Positions 49,106-61,565 of a stretch of DNA of 64,000 nucleotides are shown piece by piece (position 1 is the stretch's first letter; each line of letters begins with the position of its first letter). A program made the translations under genes and the position numbers. This stretch comes from Macrostomum lignano (taxonomy: Eukaryota): positions 1-64,000 of the forward strand of contig NIVC01002455.1 of assembly GCA_002269645.1 (NCBI GenBank). The letters run 5' to 3'. The notes below the pieces were generated by a model that saw nothing but the letters and a program-made list of their open reading frames with translations, did no database searches and was not told the DNA's origin.

Positions 49106-52100
49106 CTCTCTGCTCTCATTTCTTATATCTCATATACGGTCTCAGACTCTACTTTCTTGTCTCCCATCTTTCTTTCCTCCTTTCCACTACCCCCGTCTCT
49201 TCTCTTCTCTCTTTTCTAATCTCTAATCTCTTCTCTCTTATGTTCTCACTCATCTCTTCTCCTCGCATCTCTCATCTCTCCTCTCCTCACTACTTCCCTC
49301 TCTTAACTCTCTCATCTCTGATTTTTCATCTCTCTCCTCTCTCCTCTCGCTCTTTTCCTTTCGCTTCTCTCTCCTCCCTCTCCTCTCATCTCTACTACTT
49401 TATTTATATCTTCTCCCTCGTCTTTCGTCTCTACTCTCGTCTGTCTCCTTTCTCCCCTTTTTTCTCCTCTTTTCTCTCTTCTCTCTCCGCTCCTCTCTCA
49501 TCTCTCATCCCTCATCTCACTCTTTCTTTCTCCTCTACTCTCCCCTCTCTTCTATTTCCTCTGTACGCTCTTATCCTTCATCTATTCTCTCTCCTATTAT
49601 CTCTCTTGTCTCCCTTTGCTATCTCATATATCCACTCTTATCTCCTCTCTCCTCTTCGCTTTTCTGTCCTTCGTTCCCGCCTTAATCCCCTCTTCTCTCC
49701 CATCTGTCATGTCTAATCTCTCCACTCATTTCTACTCTGTTTTCTACCATCTCATATCTCTTCTCTTTTCATTCTTCTTTTTATTCTCTTCTCTGACTGA
49801 TTGAAGATGCCAAATCAATCAAGATCCTCTCCGCGAAGCAGAAATCCTGTCCGTGCAACTGAAAACCATCGAAATCCTCTCCGTGAAACTGAAGAGAATC
49901 GAAATCCTCTCCGCGAAACAGAAATCCTCTCCGTGAAACTGAAAACCATCGAAATTCTTTCTTTTAAACTGGACTCAATCGAAATTTTCTCCGTCAAAAA
50001 GAATAAATATCAGGATTCATTGGTTATTGTTAAGGGTTAGGGTTAGGGTTAGAGCTACACACAGCTGCGTGTTCAAATAAAAAATGAACCAATTGAATCA
50101 ATTGATTGCGCAACCGATTTCACAGTCAGTCAGTATCAGTCTCAGTTAAAGTTAGCAAAAAAATTGCGCAATCTAAATCAACCCTCCAGTACACAGAGAC
50201 CGACCCCTTTTCAATACGCAGTGGCAGTTAGAAATTGAACCTCAAACTTTTGGGGGCATTGAACAAAAAAATGAGTACAATCTTTGCATAAAGCTAAAAG
50301 TATGGAAATGGTTTTTTGAAACATTTTATATCCTCGAACTCAGCGTTGCAAGATCTTTTCAGCAGTATAAGTCTCTTCTCTTAAAGTTTAGAACTCGAAG
50401 AGCAGTTAGCGTTTGAAAGTTCCCGTTTTAAAGCATTGAAATGTCGCGTGTACGTTCACTGCCTGCCAAAGAGGCTCGCAAGTTTATTCATTTACTACAC
50501 AGGCCGGCTATTACACAGGGCAGCCTATTGAAAGGCACAGATAATAAAACAAAATTGATGGCGCAACTGATTTCACAGTATGTCAGTATCAGTCTCAGTT
50601 ACAGTTAACAAAAAGATTGCGCAATCTAAATCAACCCTCCAATACACAGCGCCCGACCGCCTTCCACTACGCAGTGGCAATTAGCAATTGAACCCCCCAA
50701 ATTTATCTCTGACCTATCGCAAAAATAAGTACAATCTTTGCAGCAAGTTAAAAGTAAAAGTAATAAAATCGTTTTTTGAATGCTGTGCTTTTAATTTTTA
50801 CAGTTAAAGCAAACAACTTATATCCCTGAACTCAGCGTTGCAAGATCTTTCCAGCAATATAAGTCTCTCCTCTCAAAGTTCAAAAATCGAGCAACAGTTA
50901 GCATTTGAAACTTTCTGATTTAAAGCATTGAAATATCGAGTGTACGTTCACTGCCTGCTAGAGAGGCTCGCAAATTGATGCATTGAATTTCACTGTCCGC
51001 CAGTTAGCTAGGGTCCAAGTGTACACACGCCGCCACTGAGAACGCTCCTATCCCCCCACTGGAGAGAAAATACACTGCCAAGTTAGCAAAATTTTATGGC
51101 GCAATCACTTAAAATTCATGCAAATTTTCAGCTCCAAGCAGAAAGAGGGGACAATTAAGATTATCAAAGGTCAAGACCGCCGTTTTCTGCTTTTTTGAGG
51201 ATCTTAGAAATTAAAATTTCAGAATTAAAATAGCCTATAGCCGACCTCGGATAATTTCCAATCTTCCCATATAAGTTTCAACGCTGAGTTGCCACTATTC
51301 AAGGAGGAGTTGTCGAAATGACAGACACACAGACAGACATACAGACAAACAACACGTCAACTTTAGTATATATAGATTCTCCGCGAAATAGAAATCCTCT
51401 CCGTGAAACTGGACTAAATCGAAATTTCTACGTCAAATAGCCCAGCTCTCAGAATTCATTGGTTAGGGTTAGGGTTAGGGTTGACAGCTGCGTGTTGAAA
51501 GGCGCCGTAAAAACATTGAACCAATTAAATTGCGCAACTTATTTCTCAGGCAGTCAGTATCAGCCTCAGTTAAAGTTAACAAAAAGATTGCGCAATCTAA
51601 ATCAACCCTCAAATACACAGCAACCGACCCCCCTTCCAATACGCAGTGCAGCTAGAAATTGAACTCCCCCCCACCAACTATTGGGGGGTCGGTCGAACCC
51701 CCATTGAACTCCAAAATGAGCACAATCTTTGCAGAAAGCTAAAAGTATGAAAATCTTTTCTTGAATGCTGTGAATTTAATTTTCATATTTAAAGCAAAAA
51801 ACTTATATCCCCGAACTCATTGCAGCAAGATCTTTCCAGCAATATAAGTCTCTCCTCTCTAAGTTCAAAACTCGAGCAACAGTTAGTGTTTGAAACTTTC
51901 TGATTTTAAGCATTGAAATATCGAGTGTACGTTCACTGCCTGCTAAAGATGCTCGCAAGTTTATGCATTAAAATGCACTGAATTTCACTGTGCAAAAAAT
52001 ACACAGGGCTTCCTGTTAAAAAACAGAACACAAATAGTTGCGCAATTGTCTATAAAGTCAGTCAGTGAGCCAGGGTTCAAGTGTACACACGCAGCCACTG

Positions 52101-55100
52101 AGAACGCGACCATCCCCCCACTTGAGAGAAAATACACTGCCAAGATAGAAAAATTTTATGGCGCAATCACTAAAATTGATACAAATTTTCAGCTCCAAGC
52201 AGAAAGAGGGGACAATTAAGATTATCAAAGGTCAAGACCGCCATTTTCTGCTTTTTTAGGGATCTTAAAAATTGAAAATGAAAGATTAAAATAGCCTAAA
52301 GCCATCCTCGGAAAATTTGCAGTTTTCCCATATAAGTTTCAACGCTGACTTGCAAGTATTCTAGGAGGAGTTATCCAACAAACACACACACACACAGACA
52401 AACAACGCACCAGTTTTAGTATTAAGACGAGGCCAACTCCTCCTTCGGAGAAGAAAGGGGAAGAACTCCAATCAGCGGAATTCCATTCCCTGAACTCCAT
52501 AAGCGGAATCCCATTTTCCAACACCTCTCCGCGCAACAGAAATCGTCTCCGTGAAACTGAACACTATCGAAATCCTCTCCGTGAAACTGAACACCATCGA
52601 AATATTCTCCGCGAAATAGAAATCCTCTCCGTGAAACTGGACTAAATCGAAATTTCTACGTCAAATAGCCCAGCTCTCAGAATTCATTGGTTAGGGTTAG
52701 GGTTAGGGTTGACAGCTGCGTGTTGAAAGGCTCCGTAAAAACATTGAACCAATTAAATTGCGCAACTTATTTCTCAGGCAGTCAGTATCAGCCTCAGTTA
52801 AAGTTAACAAAAAGATTGCGCAATCTAAATCAACCCTCAAATACACAGCAACCGACCCCCCTTCCAATACGCAGTGCAGCTAGAAATTGAACTCCCCCCC
52901 ACCAACTATTGGGGGTCGGTCGAACCCCCATTGAACTCCAAAATGAGCACAATCTTTGCAGAAAGCTAAAAGTATGAAAATCTTTTCTTGAATGCTGTGA
53001 ATTTAATTTTCATATTTAAAGCAAAAAACTTATATCCCCGAACTCATTGCAGCAAGATCTTTCCAGCAATATAAGTCTCTCCTCTCTAAGTTCAAAACTC
53101 GAGCAACAGTTAGTGTTTGAAACTTTCTGATTTTAAGCATTGAAATATCGAGTGTACGTTCACTGCCTGCTAAAGATGCTCGCAAGTTTATGCATTAAAA
53201 TGCACTGAATTTCACTGTGCAAAAAATACACAGGGTTTCCTGTTAAAAAACAGAACACAAATAGTTGCGCAATTGTCTATAAAGTCAGTCAGTGAGCCAG
53301 GGTTCAAGTGTACACACGCAGCCACTGAGAACGCGACCATCCCCCCACTTGAGAGAAAATACACTGCCAAGATAGAAAAATTTTATGGCGCAATCACTAA
53401 AATTGATGCAAATTTTCAGCTCCAAGCAGAAAGAGGGGACAATTAAGATTATCAAAGGTCAAGACCGCCATTTTCTGCTTTTTTAGGGATCTTAAAATGT
53501 AAAAATGCAATATTAAAATAGCCTAAAGCCATCCTCGGTAAATTTGCAGTTTTCCAATATAGGTTTCAACGCTGAGTTGCAAGTATTCTAGGAGGAGTTA
53601 TGCAACAGACAAACAAACACACAAACATCGCACCAACTTTAGTATATAAGTGGAACTCCTCCTTCGGAGGAGAAATGGGAAGAACTCCCATCACCGGAAT
53701 TCCATTCCCTGAAATATCCACCAACTGAAATTGCATTTCTTGAACCCTATTTTCCCAATCGTCTCCAAATTCTTTACAAAACCTTTCAAAGACCATGGCT
53801 CAAAGACTCTCACGTCTCTGATATCTCCTCTCTCCTCTCTTTGCTATTATCGTGACTCTCTTCTCTCTCCTCTCTCTCATCTCATCTCCACCCCTACTCC
53901 TTATTTATCTCTTCTCCCTTGTCTTTCGTCTGTACCTTCTCCTGTCTCTTGTCTCCTCTCTTCTCTCATATCTCTCCTCTTCACTTCTGTCTCCTGTATC
54001 CTCTCTTCGCTCTTATCTCTTCCTCTTCTCTTCTCTCTCATGTCATCTCTACTCACTTGTCTATCGTCTCTCTTAACCCTCTCTTTCTTCTCTTTTCTCT
54101 CCTCTCTGCTCTCATTTTTCATATCTCATATACGCTCTCACACTCTACTTTCTTGTCTCCCATCCTTCTTTCCTCCTTTCCACTATCCCCTGTCTCTTCT
54201 CTTCTCTCTTTTCTATCCTCTCCATTCTCTCTTCTCTCCTCTCCTTGCTCCTTTCATCTTCTCCCCTCTCTTCTCTCCTCTCCTTGCTCCTTTCATCTTC
54301 TCCCCTCTCTTCTCTAATCTCTAATCTCTTCTCTGTTATGTCCTCACTCATCTCTTCTCATCACATCTCTCATCCCTCCTCTCCTCACTACTTTCCTCTC
54401 TTAACTCTCTCATCTCTGATCTTTCATCTCTCTCCTCTCTCCTCTCTCTCTTCTCCTTTCGCTTCTCTCTCCTCTCTCTCCTCTCATCTCTACTACCTTA
54501 TTTATATCTTCTCCCTGATCTTTCGTCTCTACTCTCTCCTGTCTCCTTCCTCCCCTCTTTTCTCCTCTCTTCTCTCTCCCCTCCTCTCTCATCTCTCATC
54601 CTTCATCTCACTCTTTCTTTCTCCTCTACTTTCCCCTCTCTTCTATTTCCTCTGTACGCTCTTATCCCTCATCTATTCTCTATCCTATCATCTCTCTTGT
54701 CTCCCTCTGTTATCTCATATCTCCCCTCTCATCTCCTATCTCCTTTTCTCTTCTCCCTCCTTTGTTCCGGCCTTACTCCCCTCTTCTCTCCCATCTGTTT
54801 AGCGGAATGGGCGTTCGCGCCTTCCCGCTGTGTCTCCCCGGGACAGCCCTGCAGCTAAGTCTCCCATCTGTCATGTCTAATCTCTCCACTCATTTCTACT
54901 CTGTTTTCTATCATCTCATCTCTCTTCTCTTTTCATTCTTCTCTTTACTCTCTTCTCTGACTGATTGAAGATGGCAAATTCATCAAGATCCTCTCCGCAA
55001 AGCAGTCCGTGCAACTGAAAACCATCGAAATCCTCTCCTTGAAACTTAATTCCATTAAAATCGTCTCCATAAAACCGAAATCAATCATAAATTATCTCCG

Positions 55101-58100
55101 CGAAACAGAAATACTCTCCGTGAAACTGAACACCATCGAAATCCTCTCCACGAAACAGAAATCCTCTCCGTCAAAATTAAAACATTGAAATCGTCTCCGC
55201 TAACTGGACTCAATCAATTTTTTTCCGTCAAACAACTTAACTCTCCGGATTCATTGGTTAGGGTTAGGGTTAGGGTTAGGGTTAGGGTTAAAGCTACACA
55301 TAGCTTCGTGTTAAAAGGCACTGATAAAAATATTGAACTAATTGAATCAATTCATTGCGCAACCGATTTCACAGTCAGTAAGTATCAGTCTCAGTTAAAG
55401 TTATTAAAAACATTGCGCAATCTAAATCAACCCTCCAATACACAGCAGCAGTGAGAAGTTGAATCCTCCCCCCAACTTTGTCTATTACGTCTCGCAAAAC
55501 TGAGTACAATTTTTGCAGAAAGTTAAAAGTATGGAAATACTTTTTCAAATGCTGAGCTTTTTCTTTTCATATTTAAAGCAAACAACTTATATCCCCGAAC
55601 TCAGCGTTGCAAGATCTTTCCAGCAATATCAGTTTCTCCTATCAAAGTTTAAAACTCGAGGAACATTTAGCGTTTAAAACTGTCTGATTTATAGCATTGA
55701 AGTATCGAGTGTACGTTCACTGCCTGCTTGCAAGTTGATGCATTGAATTTCAATGTCCAACAAATACACAGGGCTGCCCATTGAAAGGCAGGAAAACTTA
55801 TCAGTAGCCATATCATTGCGCAATTATCTATACAGTCAGCCAGTGAGCCAGGGTCCAAGTGTACACACGCAGCCACTGAGAACGCTCCCACCCCCCACTG
55901 GAAAGAAAATACACTACAGAGATAGGGAAAAGTTGTGGCGCAATCACTAAAAATTCATGCATTTTTTCAGCTCCAAGCAGAAAGAGGGGACAATTAAGAT
56001 TATCAAAGGTCAAGATTCAAGTTTTCTGCTTTTTTGAGGATCTTAGAAATTAAAATTTCAGAACTAAAATAGCCTATAGCCGACCTCGGATTATTTCCAA
56101 TCTTCCCATATAAGTTTCAACGCTGAGTTGGCACTATTCAAGGAGGAGTTGTCGAAATGACAGACAGACAGACAGACAAACAACACGTCAACTTTAGTAT
56201 ATATAGACAGACGAGGCCAACTCCTCCTTCGGAGAAGAAAGGGGAAGAACTCCAATCAGCGGAATTCCATTCCCTGAACTCCATCAGCGGAATCCCATTT
56301 TCCAACACCTCTCCGCGCAACAGAAATCGTCTCCGTGAAACTGAACACTATCGAAATCCTCTCCGTGAAACTGAACACCATCGAAATATTCTCCGCGAAA
56401 TAGAAATCCTCTCCGTGAAACTGGACTAAATCGAAATTTCTACGTCAAACAGCCTAGCTCTCAGAATTCATTGGTTAGGGTTAGGGTTAGGGTTAGAGCT
56501 ACACACAGCTGCGTGTTGAAAGGCGCCGTAAAAACATTGAACCAATTAAATTGCGCAACTTATTTCTCAGGCAGTCAGTATCAGCCTCAGTTAAAGTTAA
56601 CACAAAGATTGCGCAATCTAAATCAACCCTCCAATACACAGCAACCGACCCCCCTTCCAATACGCAGTGCAGCTAGAAATTGAACCCCCCCCCACCAACT
56701 ATTGAGGGGTCGGTCGAACCCCCATTGAACTCCAAAATGAGAACAATCTTTGCAGAAAGCTAAAAGTATGAAAATCTTTTCTTGAATGCTGTGAATTTAA
56801 TTTTCATATTTAAAGCAAAAAACTTATATCCCCGAACTCAGCGCTGCAAGCTCTTTCCAGCAATAAAAGTCTCGTCTCTCAAAGTTAAAAAATCGAGCAA
56901 CAGTTAGCGTTTGAAACTTTCTGATTTTAAGCATTGAAATATCGAGTGTACCTTCACTGCCTGCTAAAGATGCTCGCGAGTTTATGCATTAAAATGCACT
57001 GAATTTCACTGTGCAAAAAATACACAGGGCTTCCTGTTAAAAAACAGAACACAAATAGTTGCGCAATTGTCTATAAAGTCAGCCAGTGAGCCAGGGTCCG
57101 ATTGTACACACGCCGCCAATGAGAACGCGCCCATTCCCCCACAGGAGAGAAAATGCACTGGCGACATAGGAAAAAGTTGTGGCGTAATCACTCAAACTTT
57201 ATGCCAATTTTCAGCTCCGAGCAGAAAAAGTGTCCAGAGAAGGTTAGGAAATCAGATTTCTGCTTTTTTAGGGATCTTAAAATTAAAAAATGAAAGATTA
57301 AAACAGCCTAAAGCCGATTCCGGAAAATTTGCAGTATTCCCATATAAGTTTCAACGCTGAGTTGCACGTAGTCTAGGAGGAGATATCCTACAAACAAACA
57401 GACAAACAAACAAACAAACAACGCACCAACTTTAGTATTAACGAGGCCAACTCCTCCTTCGGAGAAGAAAGGGGAAGAACTCCAATCAGCGGAATTCCAT
57501 TCCCTGAACTCCATCAGCGGAATCCCATTTTCCAACACCTCTCCGCGCAACAGAAATCGTCTCCGTGAAACTGAACACTATCGAAATCCTCTCCGTGAAA
57601 CTGAACACCATCGAAATATTCTCCGCGAAATAGAAATCCTCTCCGTGAAACTGGACTAAATCGAAATTTCTACGTCAAACAGCCCAGCTCTCAGAATTCA
57701 TTGGTTAGGGTTAGGGTTAGAGCTACACACAGCTGCGTGTTGAAAGGCTCCGTAAAAACATTGAACCAATTAAATTGCGCAACTTATTTCTCAGGCAGTC
57801 AGTATCAGCGTCGGTTAAAGTTAACAAAAAGATTGCGCAATCTAAATCAGCCCTCCAATACACAGCAACCGACCCCCTTCCAATACGCAGTGCAGCTAGA
57901 AATTGAACCCCCCTACCAACTATTGGGGGGGGGTCGGTCGAACCCCCATTGAACTCCAAAATGAGCAAAATCTTTGCAGAAAGCTAAAAGTATGAAAATC
58001 TTTTCTTGAATGCTGTGAATTTAATTTTCATATTTAAAGCAAAAAACTTATATCCCCGAACTCATCGCAGCAAGATCTTTCCAGCAATATAAGTCTCTCC

Positions 58101-58638
58101 TCTCTAAGTTCAAAACTCGAGCAACAGTTAGTGTTTGAAACTTTCTGATTTTAAGCATTGAAATATCGAGTGTACGTTCACTGCCTGCTAAAGATGCTCG
58201 CAAGTTTATGCATTAAAATGCACTGAATTTCACTGTGCAAAAAATACACAGGGCTTCCTGTTAAAATAAAGTCAGCCAGTGAGCCAGGGTCCGATTGTAC
58301 ACACGCCGCCAATGAGAACGCGCCCATTCCCCCACAGGAGAGAAAATGCACTGGCGACATAGGAAAAAGTTGTGGCGTAATCACTCAAAATTTATGCCAA
58401 TTTTCAGCTCCGAGCAGAAAGAGGGGACAAATAAGATTATCAAAGGTCAGAATTGCTGCTTCCTGCTTTTTTAGGGATCTTAAAATTTAAAAATGAAAGA
58501 TTAAAATAGCCTAAAGCCATCCTCGGAAAATTTGCAGTTTTCCCATATAAGTTTCAACGCTGAGTTGCAAGTATTCTAGGAGGAGTTATCGAACTGACAT
58601 ACATACAGACAAACAACGCACCACTTTTAGTATTAAGA
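44940..58638 (-). repeat. Head-to-tail array of ~1.2-kb mini-Helitron-like units; eight short (TTAGGG)2-5 plus-strand tracts, one between each pair of consecutive 5' ends
   Basis: Nine minus-strand 5'-end motifs (TC)TTAATACTAAA/TCTATATATACTAAAG followed by (TGTT/TGTC)n and AACTCCTCC, near 44950, 47385, 48610, 51370, 52420, 53645, 56200, 57435 and 58635. Plus-strand TTAGGG tracts lie at 45977, 47653, 50030, 51461, 52689, 55257, 56473 and 57703. Confidence 0.8.
45130..45790. repeat. CT-rich low-complexity block 1 (related blocks at ~48790-49800 and ~53820-54960)
   Basis: Polypyrimidine tracts with shared sub-motifs (ctctatt, tctactctcc). They give spurious Ser/Leu-rich ORFs. Confidence 0.9.
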
Positions 58639-61565
58639 AGAAGAAGAAAGAAGAAGACAGAGACAGAGGATATGCTATGGGTCTGCGCTGTGAAGACGAG
58701 TCTGGTGAACATCGGAGGGGTGGCTGTTTTCGAACACGGTTGAATTTGACTATGGTCCGAGTTAAAGGGTGATTCAGCATTCAGTATAGGAGCTTCGAGG
58801 GGATGGTTTACTGTAATTAAAGCGCGACGAAGCTTCTTGTATCATACCCACTGTCAATAGAAATATAAAGCACTGCTTCAACACAGTCTTGTATTTGGGG
58901 GGCAGACTTGGGGAGAGGCTTGGATGACGCAACCTCCACCCCATCGCTTGGCGAGAGTTTGTACAGGCCCGCCTCTATATGAAAGTATGTGTATTTTATA
59001 AGTGATTTCGAATAAATTATCAGCATATTCAAACCTACATTCTCCGAGGGTGGAAATGTACATACCTAATTTTTGGGGTATGTAGCGGATATGAGTATAG
59101 AGGCTATCGATGTACATATAGACTCCGACCCGTATTATTCAAATGTCTGAGAAATGTACATTGGAAATATACATTTACGTTGTAGGCTACACAATTAGTT
59201 GACTCATTTGGTAGTAGTAGATGAGATTGTACACTGTACATATAGTAGGGTTTCGAGTTGTAATTTTGGTGCGCGCGCGCGCTGGGGATGACACTGTAGA
59301 TTAATGCACATGTACATATAGAATTGGGGATGGACAATTTGGGATAGGGATTAATGTACATGGAATTAATGTACAATTTGAGATAGATAGGGATTAATGT
59401 ACATGGAATTAATATGAGCACATGGATTATTACAACTACATATTGAATCACGCTTAGGATAGCGTTTTTGTATACTACTTACTTCATTTTCAGATAGTAG
59501 TATAATTTGCGTTTTTTGCGTCAAATCTGCCTAAAAATCAACACTTAACGGCGCGATACGTAGTCATGTAGCCTTTTAGGCTGCGTCTAATCTGCAGTAT
59601 TTCGGATTTTACACCTCCAGGTAATCAAAGACTGGGACTTAGTGACCGCGATGTTAAAGGCGATGAAGCGTGGTCAGACAGAAAGGGTTCCTCGAACTGT
59701 ATTTTTCCGAAAACCTGCTTCCTAAAATTTTTCATGAAACGAGGTTTCCCGTCCTTCTACTTGAGTAGTCCATGGTATTTTGGTTAGTGTTTGCGAGTGT
59801 TAGTTCGGGCACTCAAAAGGGTGGAGAAGTAGACGTTGGCTCCACCTGCGTATTAATTGTCTGACAGAACATCATCCAGTTCATCGCGAGTGCGTGGGGG
59901 AACATGCATGCTTGTGTAAGCTAGGGGAGTGGATTAGACTGATCGGGGGCGCTGTGTCACGAATACCAAGCTGAATGCCCCGAACTGTATGACTGTATGT
60001 CCCTTCAAAACAGACTGTATGCTATTAATAAAGACATTCAGAATCGAAGAGTAAAACAGCTAATAAAGCCGAAAAAAGTGGTATCATAAAACAATACTTA
60101 CTTGAATTACTGATTATCCAAATTAATATTTATAGAGGCGGTTGTAAAAAGCAGCGATAATGTTAGATACATACTTCTTTTAATTTTTCAGACATTTAAT
60201 GCTGTATTCTGTATCCGATATTATGCTACGCCTTCTTTTTTAACTGATGCACGATACTTCCTATTTAAACTATTCTGTACGGTACGCGATACCAATGATA
60301 TCCTGAATGTAATATTTGCGTGTTGATCCGGATCTATTAGTTCAAAGTAAAATATAGTTTAATCGAACTTTTCTCTGTCTATATTTGACTAACCAGGTCG
60401 CAAAATATACTTTAATTATACAGATTCATATGTTAAGTTTTCTAGGTTATATAGTGGTGTTCTACTGTTCAGGGTCAGGGGTGTAGGGAGGAGGATCGGA
60501 TGGGGTATGTGTCACTCCAAACAGCCATTTTTTGAAGTTTGCTTTTTTAATAAGTATATGTCCATTGTGAAAGTAATTTATTCCCCCAAAAGAAATTTCT
60601 GGCCATATGCACCTGGTGTTGCTGTTATTTATAATATAAACATAAATTGTATTTTATTTATCTAGCTACTTACAGTTTGCTAATATTTTTGCACTACCAA
60701 TACCTTTACAATAGTTTAGCTCGACCTACACATACAATAGACACTTCCTTCCCTCTTGCTATTATTAAAAAATAGCAAGACTCCACAAAGTTAAATTTAT
60801 CTCTTAGAGTTTAATCAATATTTCAGGTTTTTTTATATAGATTATTGTATAAAAATTTAGATAACAAATTTCTATAGGCCTACTCTTTTTATATTAATAG
60901 CTGTAACTAAATAAATAGGCCTAGGACTAACCCATCAGTTAGACTGATGTTTAATTAGAAAAATATCATAGTCATACTTATGCTAGGCTTCCAAAAGATA
61001 GGCAAATAGCTACGTGTAGCACATAAGGATTGTAACCATGAGAACTATAATATAAAAATTATATTAGATAAAGTAGATATACTCATATTGAAGTAGATAT
61101 AACCTTGTAAAAAACCTTGTATTGTATATTAAATATTGTTGTATGAATTTAGATATACAATAAATAAGTTTGTATGCTTGTATGCTCATAAATGTTTATT
61201 AGAATGTATTTTTTTTCTTAACCAAATGGAAATTATTAAAAAACTAAATAATATAATTTAAACTGAAAACTAAAGAGGACTAACTTTTTCATATTAGTAA
61301 AATAAGCAAGACCTGTCTAGATCATGACCCTTGACTTAAAGCTTAGAAATTGATAAATTAAATCAATCCAGAAAAATATTTATGACTAGTCATATTGTAT
61401 TTAATATTTTTTAGATATCAAGTTAAAATGATTTTAGAATTTCTACACTTTAGTAAGGGTAGATTTCATTAAAACCAAAACTTTGTCTCGTTAATAGCTT
61501 TATTAAAAAAATTATTTCAATGAACACTTTTCCAATTCATGCTTAACCAATAAAGAATCTCACTA

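Larger units (their letters stand above)
41980..58670 (-). mobile_element. 16.7-kb non-autonomous composite Helitron-like element inserted in the right arm of the fold-back
   Basis: On the minus strand it begins A|TC (58670) and ends with the hairpin gctcccc-aac-ggggggc, then gtagattg-CTAG(TA)|T (41980). Removing it restores the right arm as the mirror of the left arm. No Rep/helicase ORF. Confidence 0.75.
33457..59564. mobile_element. Giant non-coding fold-back (palindromic) element with 6-bp target-site duplication CATGTA (33451-33456 and 59565-59570)
   Basis: Termini ACTACGTATCGCGCC...GGCGCGATACGTAGT. Left arm 33457-38078. The right arm is 38293-41979 plus ~58671-59564, and the spacer is 38079-38292. 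Paired ORFs in the track are identical with constant coordinate sums (76371 for the inner pair, 93064 for the outer pair). Confidence 0.9.

Noticed and set aside
44683-54968. Ser/Leu/Phe-rich ORFs of 130-366 aa
   Set aside because: They arise from CT-rich low-complexity blocks that lack stop codons by composition, and the frames are not conserved between copies.
41976-58672. 4-bp TSD (GATA) around the 16.7-kb insert
   Set aside because: Better explained by a Helitron TC start and CTAG-TA end at an A|T site. The insert has no terminal inverted repeats.
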